64,000 nucleotides of DNA from an uncultured Gammaproteobacteria bacterium (GCA_963705725.1 CAVPKM010000001.1:1-64000); one strand, 5' to 3'. Shown: positions 31,917 through 43,266, counted from the stretch's first letter. The notes: generated by a model not told the origin, from the sequence alone. Program-made: numbers and translations.

Positions 31917-32867
31917 TTAGGTATTAATCCGTTCCATTAAATTATTATTTTTCGTGAACCAATGGTAAGTGGTTTTAAGACCTTCTTCTAAACTCGTTGT
32001 TGCACGCCAGCCCAGCGTATTGATCTTTTCGCAATTTAATAGCTTTCTTGGTGTTCCATCTGGTTTAGAAGTATCATAAACAAGCGTTCCCTTATAACCG
32101 ATAATATCGCAAATCAGTTCCGCTACTTGTCGAATAGAAACCTCTTGGCCCGAGCCGATATTGAGCATTTGTTTATATCCAGATTGATTCATCACGAATA
32201 AGCAAGCTTCTGCCATATCATCAACATACAAAAATTCTCGCAAGGCCTGACCGGTTCCCCAAATCGTGCATTCGGCGGCTTGATTAATTTTCGCTAAATG
32301 AATTTTTTTGATTAATGCAGGTAAGACGTGAGAATGATCTAAATCAAAATTATCACCCGGTCCATAAAGATTGGTAGGCATAATAGCGACAAAATCGGTG
32401 CCGTATTGAAAATTATAAGCTTCACATAATTTTATTCCTGCGATCTTGGCAATAGCGTAAGGTTCATTCGTTTTTTCAAGCGTTCCTGTTAATAGCGCTT
32501 CTTCATCGATGGGTTGTGGGCAGTTGCGAGGATAAATGCAAGAGCTACCAAGGAAGAGTAAGCGCTTGACGCCGTATTCGCGACTTAATTCAATAATATT
32601 GGTTTGTATGGCCAAATTTTGATAAATGAATTCACCTTTAAGTGTATCATTAGCATAAATTCCACCGACTTTTGCCGCAGCTAAGAATACATAATCGGGT
32701 TGTTCGTGCTCAAAAAATACTTTGACAGCCGTTTGATTGCTAAGGTCAAGCTCTTGTTTGGTTCGATAGACTATATTTTCATATCCTTGACGCTTGAGTG
32801 CTTGAAGAATCGCTGATCCAACTAATCCACGATGTCCGGCTACATAAATTTTATCCTGCTTATGCAT
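31917..32867 (-). CDS. fcl: GDP-L-fucose synthase
   Basis: VAGHRGLVGSA, AAKVGGI, LGSSCIYP, YAIAK, KPDGTPRK. Confidence 0.95.
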   Translation of the reverse strand: MHKQDKIYVAGHRGLVGSAILQALKRQGYENIVYRTKQELDLSNQTAVKVFFEHEQPDYVFLAAAKVGGIYANDTLKGEFIYQNLAIQTNIIELSREYGVKRLLFLGSSCIYPRNCPQPIDEEALLTGTLEKTNEPYAIAKIAGIKLCEAYNFQYGTDFVAIMPTNLYGPGDNFDLDHSHVLPALIKKIHLAKINQAAECTIWGTGQALREFLYVDDMAEACLFVMNQSGYKQMLNIGSGQEVSIRQVAELICDIIGYKGTLVYDTSKPDGTPRKLLNCEKINTLGWRATTSLEEGLKTTYHWFTKNNNLMERINT

Positions 32868-32913
32868 TTCAACTGCTTCCTTTTAGTCTAACCCTTAGTT
32901 AATGAATTTTATG

Positions 32914-32945
32914 CGTTGAACAGACTCTTACCCCTGAGCAGTTAC
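32914..32945. repeat. Partial copy of the 16789 element
   Basis: CGTTGAACAGACTCTTACCCCTGAGCAGTTAC. Confidence 0.7.
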
Positions 32946-32969
32946 TGCTTTATTTCTAGGAATATATAA

Positions 32970-34049
32970 CTACGATTGTAATAACGTAAACCCACTGGGC
33001 ACAAGATTTTTTATTTCTTCGAAATAATTATTATTCATGATGATAATAGGTCTCTTTTCAAGTTCAAATAATTTTTTAGGGTTAATCACCTCATGGCCAG
33101 TCTTAGGTATATATCGAGACTGTTTTTCTGGATTGATATCAATGAGGTAAGAAATATGTTTTGCTTCAGGGTCCATGATATTTGCAAAAGTGACGCCTTT
33201 TGCGCCTGCGCCCCAGAGGTATAGCCCTTCATGTTCTGAAATTAATTGGCGATAGTATTGCATTTTTTGAAAAAATTCAGTCAGTTGCAAACAATTTATT
33301 GAGGGTTGTCGATTAATCGATGTTTTGAATGATTGTAAGTCAGCGAGAATATACAAATATTGACCATTAAATAGATGTCCCCATTCGGCATCTTCGAAAA
33401 GGTTGCGCAAGGAATCTAATGTAAAGTAATTACAATGTTCGTGAAAAATATCCCAAAATGCGAAATTATTTATTATCCATTCAAAGCAAGGAACCTCAAT
33501 GTAGATTTTGGCTGGATGATTGATGCTATTTGCCAGGTGTTGTAAAAATTCAAACGGGAATTGAATATGTTCTAGAACATGACGTAATACAATAATCTGT
33601 GCATCAAGTGTTGTCTGATGACGATAATAATCGCGGATAATTAAAGGATTTTGGCCAGTATAAGCGGGGTCATAACCGATAATATCGAAACCAGCGGCGG
33701 CTAGTTGTTCTAAAAAAAAACCTTTGCCACAACCAATTTCAACTAGCTTCTTGCCTTTAAAGCCAGACTTCTCAAACAAGGTCATGATGGATTTGAGATA
33801 ATTTTTAAATATTAAAGAATGGGATTGTTCATTTTGGTAGGTGCTATCATAATCCATTTCATCAGGACTAAATGTGGCGTTAAACACAAAGCCGCAATGT
33901 TGACATTGAGCGAGCGTGAGATCTGCGGTTGGAACTTGGGATGCAGAAATCTTATCTGCAAAGACTTTATTTTGGAAAATCGGCATTTTAGCCAATGTGT
34001 AAATAACAGTCAGTGAGTGATTTTGGCAGAGCCGGCAAGTTTGATCCAT
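32970..34049 (-). CDS. SAM-dependent methyltransferase, sugar C-methyltransferase-like
   Basis: CRLC..C..C zinc motif, EIGCGKG, HVLEH, HEHCNYF, WGAGAKG. Confidence 0.85.
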   Translation of the reverse strand: MDQTCRLCQNHSLTVIYTLAKMPIFQNKVFADKISASQVPTADLTLAQCQHCGFVFNATFSPDEMDYDSTYQNEQSHSLIFKNYLKSIMTLFEKSGFKGKKLVEIGCGKGFFLEQLAAAGFDIIGYDPAYTGQNPLIIRDYYRHQTTLDAQIIVLRHVLEHIQFPFEFLQHLANSINHPAKIYIEVPCFEWIINNFAFWDIFHEHCNYFTLDSLRNLFEDAEWGHLFNGQYLYILADLQSFKTSINRQPSINCLQLTEFFQKMQYYRQLISEHEGLYLWGAGAKGVTFANIMDPEAKHISYLIDINPEKQSRYIPKTGHEVINPKKLFELEKRPIIIMNNNYFEEIKNLVPSGFTLLQS

Positions 34050-34059
34050 AAACTTCCTT

Positions 34060-34117
34060 TAACTATTCAGCACATTGGAACGTTTAGCGAGTTCCAGCGC
34101 CTCTGCTGAATAACTAC
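34060..34117. repeat. Internally deleted palindromic MITE-like element
   Basis: TAACTATTCAGCA...TGCTGAATAACTA ends; GAACGTTTAGCG shared with the 43735 and 51167 elements. Confidence 0.7.
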
Positions 34118-34130
34118 AATTTCATTATTA

Positions 34131-34793
34131 TTAAGCAGACTCTGAAGAATCTGGTTTACCATAGAACTTTATTCCGATTTCAATCGTTTTTCGGCCTTGT
34201 TTTAAGCGCCAACGATTGGTGTCGCGCAAAGAATAGATGCAACCGCAATATTCTTGTTGATAAAAATGCTCGCGCTTAGAAACTTCAATCATCCGCGCTG
34301 CGCCTCCTTTTTTCCGCCAATTAACTGTCCAATATGTCATGCCTGGATATTGCGTTGCAGCGCGTTCTCCGCAATCATTGATTTGCTCCATGTTTTTCCA
34401 GCGTGAAATAGCGAGGGTGCTAGAGATAACTTGAAATCCATTTTCATAAGCGTAAAGCGCGGTACGATCAAATCGCATATCAAAACACATGCTGCATCGA
34501 ATACCTCGTTCGGGTTCGTGCTCCATTCCTTTTGCCCGCATAAGCCAATTATCTTTATCATAGTCTGCATCGACAAAGGGGAGGTTGAGTTCGTCTGCAA
34601 ATTTTTTGTTTTCATTTTTCCGAAGTAGATATTCTCGTTCGGGGTGGATGTTTGGATTGTAGAAAAAAATCGTAAAATCAATGCCTGAAGCTTTTAAGCG
34701 TTCCATAATGTCGCCTGAACAAGGCGCGCAACAAGAATGCAATAAAAGCTTTTCAGCATTGTTTGGAAGTGTGAGTGGTTCGTTAGAATTCAT
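34131..34793 (-). CDS. queH: Epoxyqueuosine reductase (DUF208)
   Basis: [31 protein letters not shown]. Confidence 0.93.
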   Translation of the reverse strand: MNSNEPLTLPNNAEKLLLHSCCAPCSGDIMERLKASGIDFTIFFYNPNIHPEREYLLRKNENKKFADELNLPFVDADYDKDNWLMRAKGMEHEPERGIRCSMCFDMRFDRTALYAYENGFQVISSTLAISRWKNMEQINDCGERAATQYPGMTYWTVNWRKKGGAARMIEVSKREHFYQQEYCGCIYSLRDTNRWRLKQGRKTIEIGIKFYGKPDSSESA

Positions 34794-34848
34794 CGCAATA
34801 GTCTATAGGATTTTAAAAAAATATCTAGCAAAAAATTCGCGTGATATC

Positions 34849-36063
34849 TTAAATCCTTTGCAATGAAAAATTTCCGGCGCAATCCAGCTCATTTAGGCGA
34901 TAATGTTTTAAAATGCTGTCTATTTCAGTTGTGGTTATCCCAGCTGCTTGAAAAAATTGGCAGATATTTTCTCTTGAACTTATCGTCACGCTAGGCATGC
35001 TATATATATTCGGTTCGATCTCTAATTCAGTAGTGATCGCGTCAACCCTTTCCAAAAGAGCGATAAAAGATTGGCTAGCTAAGCTTGTACATGTAAATGA
35101 GAGGGTGACAGCTTTAGTATTAAATTCAATTTCCGATATGGGTGTAGCATAGTTAATTAAAATTTTGTGGGCAATAAAGAATCGATAGCTATTTGGGGTG
35201 CAAGACTTCCAAAATGCCAGATCAGGATGTGTACGGGAAATCATGAGGCGAGTCATATATTGAATTAAATCTTCGCATAATAAGTTCATCATAGAATCAA
35301 ACTGTTCAGATCCAAGACAAAGCGTGACATACATTGTTTTCAAAGCGTCAAATTGACAGCGTAGCGCGATTAAAAGGCGATTTCGCTCTATATAATTTTG
35401 CATAAGAGTATTCAAGCCATTTTTCAAAATGTTAAGGGGTGAAGTAACTGTTAGTGATAATAAGGAAGTATTTCGATCTAATGCGCCGAGAAATTTAGTT
35501 CTATGAGGGTGGCTATCCGCTATTTTATTCAAAATCTCTTGGCTTAGTATTAACTCTGTTGCTGAGTGGCAAGACTCAATTATTTCGATTAGCTTAAAGC
35601 AGTCATGGTCACATACATATCTAGAAAGAAAACATAATTTTTTTATTTTTGTATTTGTTTTCAATGCTATGGCGAGCTCGGAATAGTTTAGTCTTGGAAC
35701 AGTATCGGAATTAACGCAGTTAAAAAAAGCATCATTCTCGCTTAGCTTGAGCAGAAAGTTTTTCGCATAACTTTTTTCAAAAAAAGGTTGTAAAAGAGGT
35801 GAACAATCGCGTTTAACTATACTTATTAAATTCTGTGCTGCGTCGAATTCATTGCACATAAAAAGATGATCAATTGGATCTAAACCTAGAGCGAAAAGCC
35901 TTTTGATAGAGCCGCTATTCTTGGTAAAAAATGTTGGGATATTAATTTCCCCTTCACTATTTTCATTTTTTGCAATTTTCAAAAGATACCCGAAAATGAG
36001 TGAGTAGATTTTGTGATTGCGATTTTTTGATTCGGAGCGCTCTATGTAATTTTCAAATATCAT
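34849..36063 (-). CDS. Hypothetical protein with degenerate RNI-like leucine-rich repeats, candidate effector
   Basis: LAIALKTNTKIKKL and ALDRNTSLLSL resemble L..L..N..L..L LRR cores; IERN capping-like motif. Confidence 0.55.
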   Translation of the reverse strand: MIFENYIERSESKNRNHKIYSLIFGYLLKIAKNENSEGEINIPTFFTKNSGSIKRLFALGLDPIDHLFMCNEFDAAQNLISIVKRDCSPLLQPFFEKSYAKNFLLKLSENDAFFNCVNSDTVPRLNYSELAIALKTNTKIKKLCFLSRYVCDHDCFKLIEIIESCHSATELILSQEILNKIADSHPHRTKFLGALDRNTSLLSLTVTSPLNILKNGLNTLMQNYIERNRLLIALRCQFDALKTMYVTLCLGSEQFDSMMNLLCEDLIQYMTRLMISRTHPDLAFWKSCTPNSYRFFIAHKILINYATPISEIEFNTKAVTLSFTCTSLASQSFIALLERVDAITTELEIEPNIYSMPSVTISSRENICQFFQAAGITTTEIDSILKHYRLNELDCAGNFSLQRI

Positions 36064-36276
36064 GATCTATACCCCTCTATATAATTTGATTAACTATTGA
36101 CGTGCGAAATGTTAACTTTCAAATCGCGAAATTTCCAGTAGATATGAAAAAATGGCCGTATTTGTCTTCTCAGTTCTTTCCAGTTGGATATTCTGAATTT
36201 TCTTGCATTTTTAATTTTCATTGTTGACTATCGCTGATTAATATTGCAAGTTATCGAGACAACATATCAAGAAATT

Positions 36277-36310
36277 ATTAAGATTTTATTAAAGAAAATT
36301 TATTTATTAT
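36277..36310 (+). promoter_or_regulatory. PmrA-like box with -10
   Basis: aTTAAGATT-tt-aTTAAAGAA-N8-TATTAT upstream of 36356. Confidence 0.55.
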
Positions 36311-36355
36311 TGAGCATATTTCACTAATTAGATAAATAAATAGAGAAGAGAACCA

Positions 36356-38944
36356 ATGCTTGAGCAACAACCCAGCTTACAATTAATTTGTGAATTCGCG
36401 AAACAAAAAAATGTTATCGCTCTAAAGGATTATATTAATAAAGAAATTTCTATTAATTTTATGGAGGGTTTATTTTCCCCGGTGATGTTTCTTGCTGTGC
36501 AAGAAGAACATGAGGCAGTAGATTTCTTGATTACTCAATTTAGTGCAAGCATAGATCATGCAGTATTTGGCTATGCGCTGGCTAATAATAAAGAAAAAGT
36601 AGATGAGCTGATTGCAGAGGGAGCGGATAAAAAATTTGCATTATATGGTTATGCATTAATAGGTTCATCCCATGTTGAAAGTTTTCCAAAGCTTGAACTT
36701 TATTTTGATATTCCCAATAAAATCTTGTCTCAGACTAATTTAGATGAAGCATCTAGAAAAGCATTTCTTGATGATGAACTCACTAAAGAGATGATGAGCA
36801 TAAAAGTCAAGGGCTGTGCCTATCGCGGTGATAAAGAAAATGTGGAAAAAATTATTTCGGAAGTATCCGACTGTTTTCCAGAATATGCTACAACGATACG
36901 TAATGATGCGGTCTTTGGCTATGCTTTGAATAATCATATGAAGGAAGCGGGAGAGCTGATTGACCTTGGGGCTAGCAATCTATACGCCCTTAGAGGTCAT
37001 GCACAAGCAGGTCATGTAGAACAGGTTAGTGCCCTTATTTATTTTGGTAAAGGCGATAAAAATGAAGCGGCCAGGTGCTATGCAATGACGGGTAAACGAG
37101 TACAAGTTGAAAAATTACTGAGTGAAGGAGCCAATCAAAATATCGTTGTCGAAGGCTATGCAGAGGGAGGGTATATTAAGGAAGTGAATCAGCTTCTTGT
37201 CAAGGGAGCAAATAAAAATCACGCTATACGAGGTTATATAAAGGGGAATCATTTGGCTCAAGCCAACGAGTTGGTCGTGCAAGTGGGTGTAGAGTCTGCT
37301 TATAGGCAATATCTATCGTTTGGATCGATAATAAAATCTAGAATTATATCCTTGCTTGCCTCAATTGACGATGAAAAATTACGCGTCCTGGTATTAAAAA
37401 TTTATCAAAGTAAATATAGACCTTCAAAAGAAAAATGTGATTTTTACTGGATCTGCGCTAGTCAATTGAATGGCATTATGAGAGAGGAATATTGCAACTT
37501 CAACGATGCAACAATTTTATGGAAAAGGCTACACAAAAAAAATACTTTAAAAAGAAATTTTAAAAATGTTTGTAAATGGGCAATGGAAAAAAATACAGAA
37601 AAATTACAGGCAGTGATTAATATAAAATTTTGCATAGATTTTTTTGATGGTTTTTATAGTCCCGTTATGTGGCTTGCGAAACAGCAAGAGAGTGAAGCGG
37701 TAGATTTCTTAATAAATAAATTTGGCGCAAGTGTGGATGCCGCGATAGCAGGTTATGCGCTGGGTGGCAATGAAGATAAGGTTAACGAGTTACTGGCTGC
37801 TGGAGGAAGTCCACTAGCAGCGTTAAAGGGTTATGCATTTGGCGGATGGCACAATTATTATGCAAAAATTTTACCAGCAATTAAAAATTCCACTCAGTTA
37901 TTAAAAGATGAGGGGAGCTGGCGAAATATTCTTATCAAGGCAGCGGCATTCCGTGGTGAGCATGATCGTGTTGGTTGTCTTATTGACGGATCTTTACGGG
38001 AGCAATCAAACCCACTTTCCTGTCATCAAGAGAGCTTAGCGGCAGCTGTCATCGGCTATGCGATGGCAGGTAACACTGATAAAGTTGCCGAGCGAAATAG
38101 TACTGGAGCATTTCTATTATCAGTGATCAAGAGCTATGTTGAAGCTGGCAATGTAGTGGAGGTCGACAAGCTGTTGATTAGTCAAAATAATATCAACTCC
38201 GCGCTTGAGTATTATGCAATGAGTGGAAATTTTGAGCAAGTTGAGTTACTTATAGAAAAGGGGGGCGATGTCAATCGTGCCGTCCAGGGTTATGCGTGTG
38301 GTGGATATATTGAAAAAGTTAATGGACTTCTCAAGACGAAAAAAAATTATGAGCATGCCATAATTGGTTATGCGCAGGGACATCATATCGCTCAAATCAA
38401 TCAACTGGCCATTCAGAATAACCAAGTAATATTAGCTTGTAATATGTATGCTAAATATAGCTGTTTGATAAACCCGAGAAATATTTTATTTTTATATACT
38501 GCTACGACACATTTGAATTTACGAGTACATCTGATTAATTCATTTGCAAGTAAACATCCCAATTCAGATATTTCATTATTAAAACAACAATCCAATTGTT
38601 TAGAAACGATAATGAAAAATTGTCAGCTGGGTTTTTATGAGGCAAGACGCTTTTTAAAACCTGAAATTATCACGTGGTTGATACAGGGTTGGACACATTT
38701 GGTTAAAAAGAATCCGCTAATTAAACCTGAAGATTTTTATTACATCACTTCTTTTATTCTCGCCCTTCCCCAAGAATTTATTCAAAGTGCTGCCCCGACA
38801 GTAAAATCTTATTTCTTTAGTCAAAAAGAAAGCTCTTTTTCAGCGCAACGAGGCCTAAAACGTAAGGCAAGTCTCGGACATCATTCGATGTCAACCGGAC
38901 AGGAAGAATCCAAAAGAGGCCGTGTTCATTATTCCAAAAAATAA
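36356..38944 (+). CDS. Ankyrin-like helical repeat protein, candidate effector (paralog A)
   Basis: Many A..GYA.GG....V..LL..GA repeats; two internally duplicated halves; basic C-terminus. Confidence 0.75.
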   Translation: MLEQQPSLQLICEFAKQKNVIALKDYINKEISINFMEGLFSPVMFLAVQEEHEAVDFLITQFSASIDHAVFGYALANNKEKVDELIAEGADKKFALYGYALIGSSHVESFPKLELYFDIPNKILSQTNLDEASRKAFLDDELTKEMMSIKVKGCAYRGDKENVEKIISEVSDCFPEYATTIRNDAVFGYALNNHMKEAGELIDLGASNLYALRGHAQAGHVEQVSALIYFGKGDKNEAARCYAMTGKRVQVEKLLSEGANQNIVVEGYAEGGYIKEVNQLLVKGANKNHAIRGYIKGNHLAQANELVVQVGVESAYRQYLSFGSIIKSRIISLLASIDDEKLRVLVLKIYQSKYRPSKEKCDFYWICASQLNGIMREEYCNFNDATILWKRLHKKNTLKRNFKNVCKWAMEKNTEKLQAVINIKFCIDFFDGFYSPVMWLAKQQESEAVDFLINKFGASVDAAIAGYALGGNEDKVNELLAAGGSPLAALKGYAFGGWHNYYAKILPAIKNSTQLLKDEGSWRNILIKAAAFRGEHDRVGCLIDGSLREQSNPLSCHQESLAAAVIGYAMAGNTDKVAERNSTGAFLLSVIKSYVEAGNVVEVDKLLISQNNINSALEYYAMSGNFEQVELLIEKGGDVNRAVQGYACGGYIEKVNGLLKTKKNYEHAIIGYAQGHHIAQINQLAIQNNQVILACNMYAKYSCLINPRNILFLYTATTHLNLRVHLINSFASKHPNSDISLLKQQSNCLETIMKNCQLGFYEARRFLKPEIITWLIQGWTHLVKKNPLIKPEDFYYITSFILALPQEFIQSAAPTVKSYFFSQKESSFSAQRGLKRKASLGHHSMSTGQEESKRGRVHYSKK

Positions 38945-38990
38945 AAATCACCCATGTTTGACCATTTTAATTGCAGAGAAGAAAATACTT

Positions 38991-41582
38991 ATGTTTGAGC
39001 AACAACCCCCCTTACTACTAGTAATTTGTGACCTCGCGAAACAAAAAAATATTGCAGTCCTAAAGGACTATGTCAATAAAATAATTTCTATTAATTTTAT
39101 GGAGGGATTATTTACTCCAGTCATGTATCTTGCTCAGCAAGGAGAAGTGGAGGCAGTAGATTTTTTAATTAATAAATTTGATGCAAGCCTAGATCATGCC
39201 GTGTTTGGTTATGCTCTTGCTGATAATAAGGATAAGGTAGATGAGCTGCTTGCTATGGGCGCAAGCCAAAAAAAAGCCTTATTTGGTTATCTGGCAATCG
39301 GTTCATCTCATGGTGAAAGTTTATTACCGTTAAAAATAAATTTTGATATTCCTAATGGCTTTGTCAATTCCACTGATTTAGATGACGCATCTAAAAAACA
39401 AATTATCAAACGAGAGTTGTTTAAAGAAATTAAAGGTCTAAGAGCTAAGGGTTATGCGCACTCCGGTAATAAAGCAATGGTGGAGAAAATTATTGCTGAA
39501 TCATCTCACTTTTTTAAGGAAATACGTAATGAAGCGGTTCTTGGTTATGTCCTTAGTGGTCGTATTCAAGAAGCAGGCGAACTTATTCAATTAGGAGCGT
39601 CTATTGATTATGCGGTTAGAGGTTCGATAATAGCAGGGAATGTTACTCTAACTAATACGCTTATTTACTATTGCAGAGGCAGTAAGGATGAAGCGCTGAG
39701 ATACTTTGCGATGACAGGGAATCATATGCAAGTTAAAAAATTACTTGAAGAAGGAGTCGATAAAAATATCGCCGTTGAGGGATATGCTGAGGGCGGTTAT
39801 ATTCGAGAAGTGATTCAGCTTTTTGAAGAGGGAGCGAGTAAGGCGTGTGCGATACGGGGTTATGTCAAAGGTAATCATATCACTCAAGTCAATGAACTTG
39901 TTTTGCAGATGGATAACGGCAGAATTATTGCTTATGAAGAATATATTAAATTCGGCTCTTTGATAACGAAAAAAGAAATTTTGTTCTTACTCTCAACAAC
40001 TGATGATGAGCAATTACGTATCAATTTGTTAGATTTTTTTCAAAAAAAATATCAATGGTCTTCTGAAAAATTAAATAGCCTGTTGGCAGAGGCTCAGGAT
40101 TTGGAAACCATTATAAAAAACCGACACTGTAGCTTTCATGAAGCAAAAGCTGCCACTATGCTGTTAAAAAAACAAGTTAACGGAAACTGGTTTTTTGATA
40201 AAGTTTGTCAATTGGCAATACAAGGGAATACGCAAGAATTACGACATCTGACAGAGAAAGTTTCTATTAATTTGAGCCGAGGTTTTTATAGACCTATTAT
40301 GCTGCTTGCAAAGCAAGGCAATGTCGGGGCAGTAAATTTCTTAATAAATAACTTTGGTGGAAGCCTGGATCTGGCGGTAATGGGTTATGCGCTTGGTGGT
40401 AATGAAGAGCAGGTTAACGGGCTGCTTGCCGCCGGGGCAGATCCCTTGTTAGCGTTAACTGGGTATGCATTTAGTCCGCTTGACTGTGAAAAGAAAATCA
40501 CCTCCTTACTTCATTCCCAGTGTTTAAAAAATGAGGAAGTCTATACAAGCTTACTGATCGAAGGAGCAGCGTTTCATGGTAATTATGTACGCGTCAAGAT
40601 TCTTGTTAAGGAGTTTCAAAATAAACCCAATAGACCTGACGGTAATTTATCAAAATTGGTAGCCGCCGCTATCCTGGGCTATGCAATGGGCGGTCATACC
40701 GAGATGGTGGCGGCTATGCATAATAGCAAAAATAGCAAAGAAATTTTTTTAAACCCAGCTCTTACGGGCTATGCCGTAATGGGTTTGGTCAAGGAAGTAA
40801 ACAACCTTATTAATGCTGATAAAGCCAATTTTCAAGATCATATCAATTACGTGATTACCCACTATGCAATGGGCGGCAATTTTAGTGAAGTAAATAACCT
40901 GCTTAGTAGAGGGGCGAGCAAACAGAGTGCCGTTCATGGTTATGCTTGGGGTGGGTATAGTGAAAAAGTTAACGAAATGATTAACATTTCAAATACTTCG
41001 GTGGATGATACGATGATAAGTTTTGCGATGATGGGTTATGCGAAGGGTGGGCATATCGATCAAATCAATCAATTGGTCACTCGTGGTATTTCTGAAGAGA
41101 CTGCATGTAATTTTTATGTTCAATACAGCACCTTAATCAATCCGAGAAAGATTTTATTCCTGCTTTCTGCCACTAAAAATAATCAATTACGGAAGCGATT
41201 AGCTATAGCATTTGAACAGCGATATCCCAATACAGATATGAACTTAATACAACAAAAAAACCTTTGCTTAATGAATATTATGAAAAATACTCAGCTCGGG
41301 TTTTATGAAGCGAAACTTTTTCTTAAACCTGAAATCATCATGTGGTTGATACAAGGTTGGAAGTACTTGGTTGAAAAGGATCAGAAAATTAAACCTGAAG
41401 ATTTTTATTATATCACTTCTCTGGTTTTATCGGTGAACTATCCAAGCGTTAAGAAGGCTAGAGGTATGGTAAGCACTTATTTTTTTGATGGAATAAGAAA
41501 CGCTTCTCCTCAACCATCAAAACGAAAACGAGATGAGCTAGGGTTAGCGATAGCATTACCCTCAAAAAAAGGTCGTTTATAG
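38991..41582 (+). CDS. Ankyrin-like helical repeat protein, candidate effector (paralog B)
   Basis: Colinear with A; start at MFEQQP chosen by homology to MLEQQP and the shared AGAGAAG leader. Confidence 0.75.
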   Translation: MFEQQPPLLLVICDLAKQKNIAVLKDYVNKIISINFMEGLFTPVMYLAQQGEVEAVDFLINKFDASLDHAVFGYALADNKDKVDELLAMGASQKKALFGYLAIGSSHGESLLPLKINFDIPNGFVNSTDLDDASKKQIIKRELFKEIKGLRAKGYAHSGNKAMVEKIIAESSHFFKEIRNEAVLGYVLSGRIQEAGELIQLGASIDYAVRGSIIAGNVTLTNTLIYYCRGSKDEALRYFAMTGNHMQVKKLLEEGVDKNIAVEGYAEGGYIREVIQLFEEGASKACAIRGYVKGNHITQVNELVLQMDNGRIIAYEEYIKFGSLITKKEILFLLSTTDDEQLRINLLDFFQKKYQWSSEKLNSLLAEAQDLETIIKNRHCSFHEAKAATMLLKKQVNGNWFFDKVCQLAIQGNTQELRHLTEKVSINLSRGFYRPIMLLAKQGNVGAVNFLINNFGGSLDLAVMGYALGGNEEQVNGLLAAGADPLLALTGYAFSPLDCEKKITSLLHSQCLKNEEVYTSLLIEGAAFHGNYVRVKILVKEFQNKPNRPDGNLSKLVAAAILGYAMGGHTEMVAAMHNSKNSKEIFLNPALTGYAVMGLVKEVNNLINADKANFQDHINYVITHYAMGGNFSEVNNLLSRGASKQSAVHGYAWGGYSEKVNEMINISNTSVDDTMISFAMMGYAKGGHIDQINQLVTRGISEETACNFYVQYSTLINPRKILFLLSATKNNQLRKRLAIAFEQRYPNTDMNLIQQKNLCLMNIMKNTQLGFYEAKLFLKPEIIMWLIQGWKYLVEKDQKIKPEDFYYITSLVLSVNYPSVKKARGMVSTYFFDGIRNASPQPSKRKRDELGLAIALPSKKGRL

Positions 41583-41610
41583 AACCATCCCATTAGGACA
41601 AAAAATAGTT

Positions 41611-41754
41611 ATGTTTGAAAATGCGCCGTCCCTGCGACAAATTTGTCAATTTGCAATCCAAAAAAATACTGAATTACTAAAGATAATTATCAACGAAAAG
41701 GTTTCTATTAATTTTTTTGAAGGTTTATTTTCGCCCGTAAAGAGCCGTATGTAA
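41611..41754 (+). pseudogene. Truncated third paralog of the ankyrin-like pair
   Basis: MFENAPSLRQICQFAIQKN...SINFFEGLFSPV matches the N-termini of A and B, then stops. Confidence 0.85.
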
Positions 41755-41866
41755 GGAACTACTTTTATTTTATCGTTCCAATTGCTTTAAAGAATAAATC
41801 ACTACAGAATAACCGGGCTCAATCCTGGGCCGGTGCTATACGAAGTGAAAAAGGGAAATTTTTTTT

Positions 41867-43203
41867 ATGGATAATCAATCACCTTTATTTTCTATTGTCA
41901 TTCCCACTCGCAATCGCGCTCATCTTTTGCCCTTTGCACTAAAAAGTGCATTATCACAACAGTTTGACGATTTTGAAATTGTGGTGATGGCAAATCATTG
42001 TCAAGATAATACCCGAGAGGTGGTGGCTTCATTCAAAGATTCTCGAATTCGTTATTATGAAACAAACAAAGTATTAACTATGCCTGAGAATTGGGAATTT
42101 GCTTGGACTAAGGCAAGGGGAGAATATATTACCTATTTGCCAGATGACGATGCCATTAACCCTTCTGCGCTTCGTATGTTGGCTGATCAAACGCTAAGCG
42201 GCAATCCAGAATTAGTGAGTTGGGAAGATGCCAATTATTATTATCCCAATTGGAATGACGTCAAGATGCAAAATGTCTTGTTGCTATTTAATTTTGGAGA
42301 GCAGTTAGTTGAAGATATTTGCCCTACTTTTTACCAAAAGCAATTGACAGAATTTGATTTTGCTTGGAGTTCCCCCTTACCAAAATTATTAAATTGCATT
42401 GCCAAACGTTCATTTTTCGAAAGTTGGCGTGAACGCTTAGGCCTGTTGTTTTTTCCTATCGCACCAGATTATTCTTTTGCATGGATCGCCACTTCTGTTT
42501 GTTCAAATATCCGGGTGATCCATCGACCTCTGACAATTCGAGGAATTTCTGATAATAGCATTGGATCTAATGCCGGGCTTGGAGAAGCGAGTAAACGATT
42601 TTTTTAGAATTTGGACATTTTGATTTTTTTGCTGAAACGAAATTAGATTTGCCGCTTTCTTTGAATCATTTAGCTGCGACATTTTTGCGGGTTAGGCAGG
42701 CACTTGAAAAACAAGGATTGCCACAGAAAATGGTTAATCAAGATGCCTTTATCAAGGGACTGATTAATCAATTATTAGAATGCAAATCCCTCATGCCACA
42801 ATGGAAAGACCATGTAGCTATCTTAAAAAAATACGCAAAAAATCGTTCTCCTGAAATTTACAAAGAAGTTTGTCAAATTATCAAACGCAAAAAAGAAAAT
42901 AAAATACCGGCAGAAACATTGCGCGAAATGCACCGTCGTACTTTAAGAATAGGGAGTGAAAATATTGAAGCCTTGGTAAATCAAGTTAGCAATCACGAGA
43001 ATGACTTAGAATGCGCAACCTGCTTTTTGGCGAAAAAGCAGGAACTATTCGTTGAGCCCAGTTGGTCTTATTTATATTTGTTCGGTGAAGCGATGAATTG
43101 CTATGATCCTTATGCAATGAGCCAACGTGTCGATCATTATTATGACTTGATGTTAGATTGCAAGGCAAAACAAGAACGCACTAAGCAAGCAGCGCTTGTA
43201 TAG
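41867..43203 (+). CDS. Glycosyltransferase family 2, frameshifted at a T7 run (42599-42605)
   Basis: SIVIPTRNR, YLPDDD; one more T joins the two ORFs (RFFLEFGHFDFFAETKLDLPL). Confidence 0.8.
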
Positions 43204-43266
43204 TTATCGTGGATCTTTATTTTGCTGTCGAGGTACTGATAGAGCAGAGTCTTATAAGAAAGAGAA

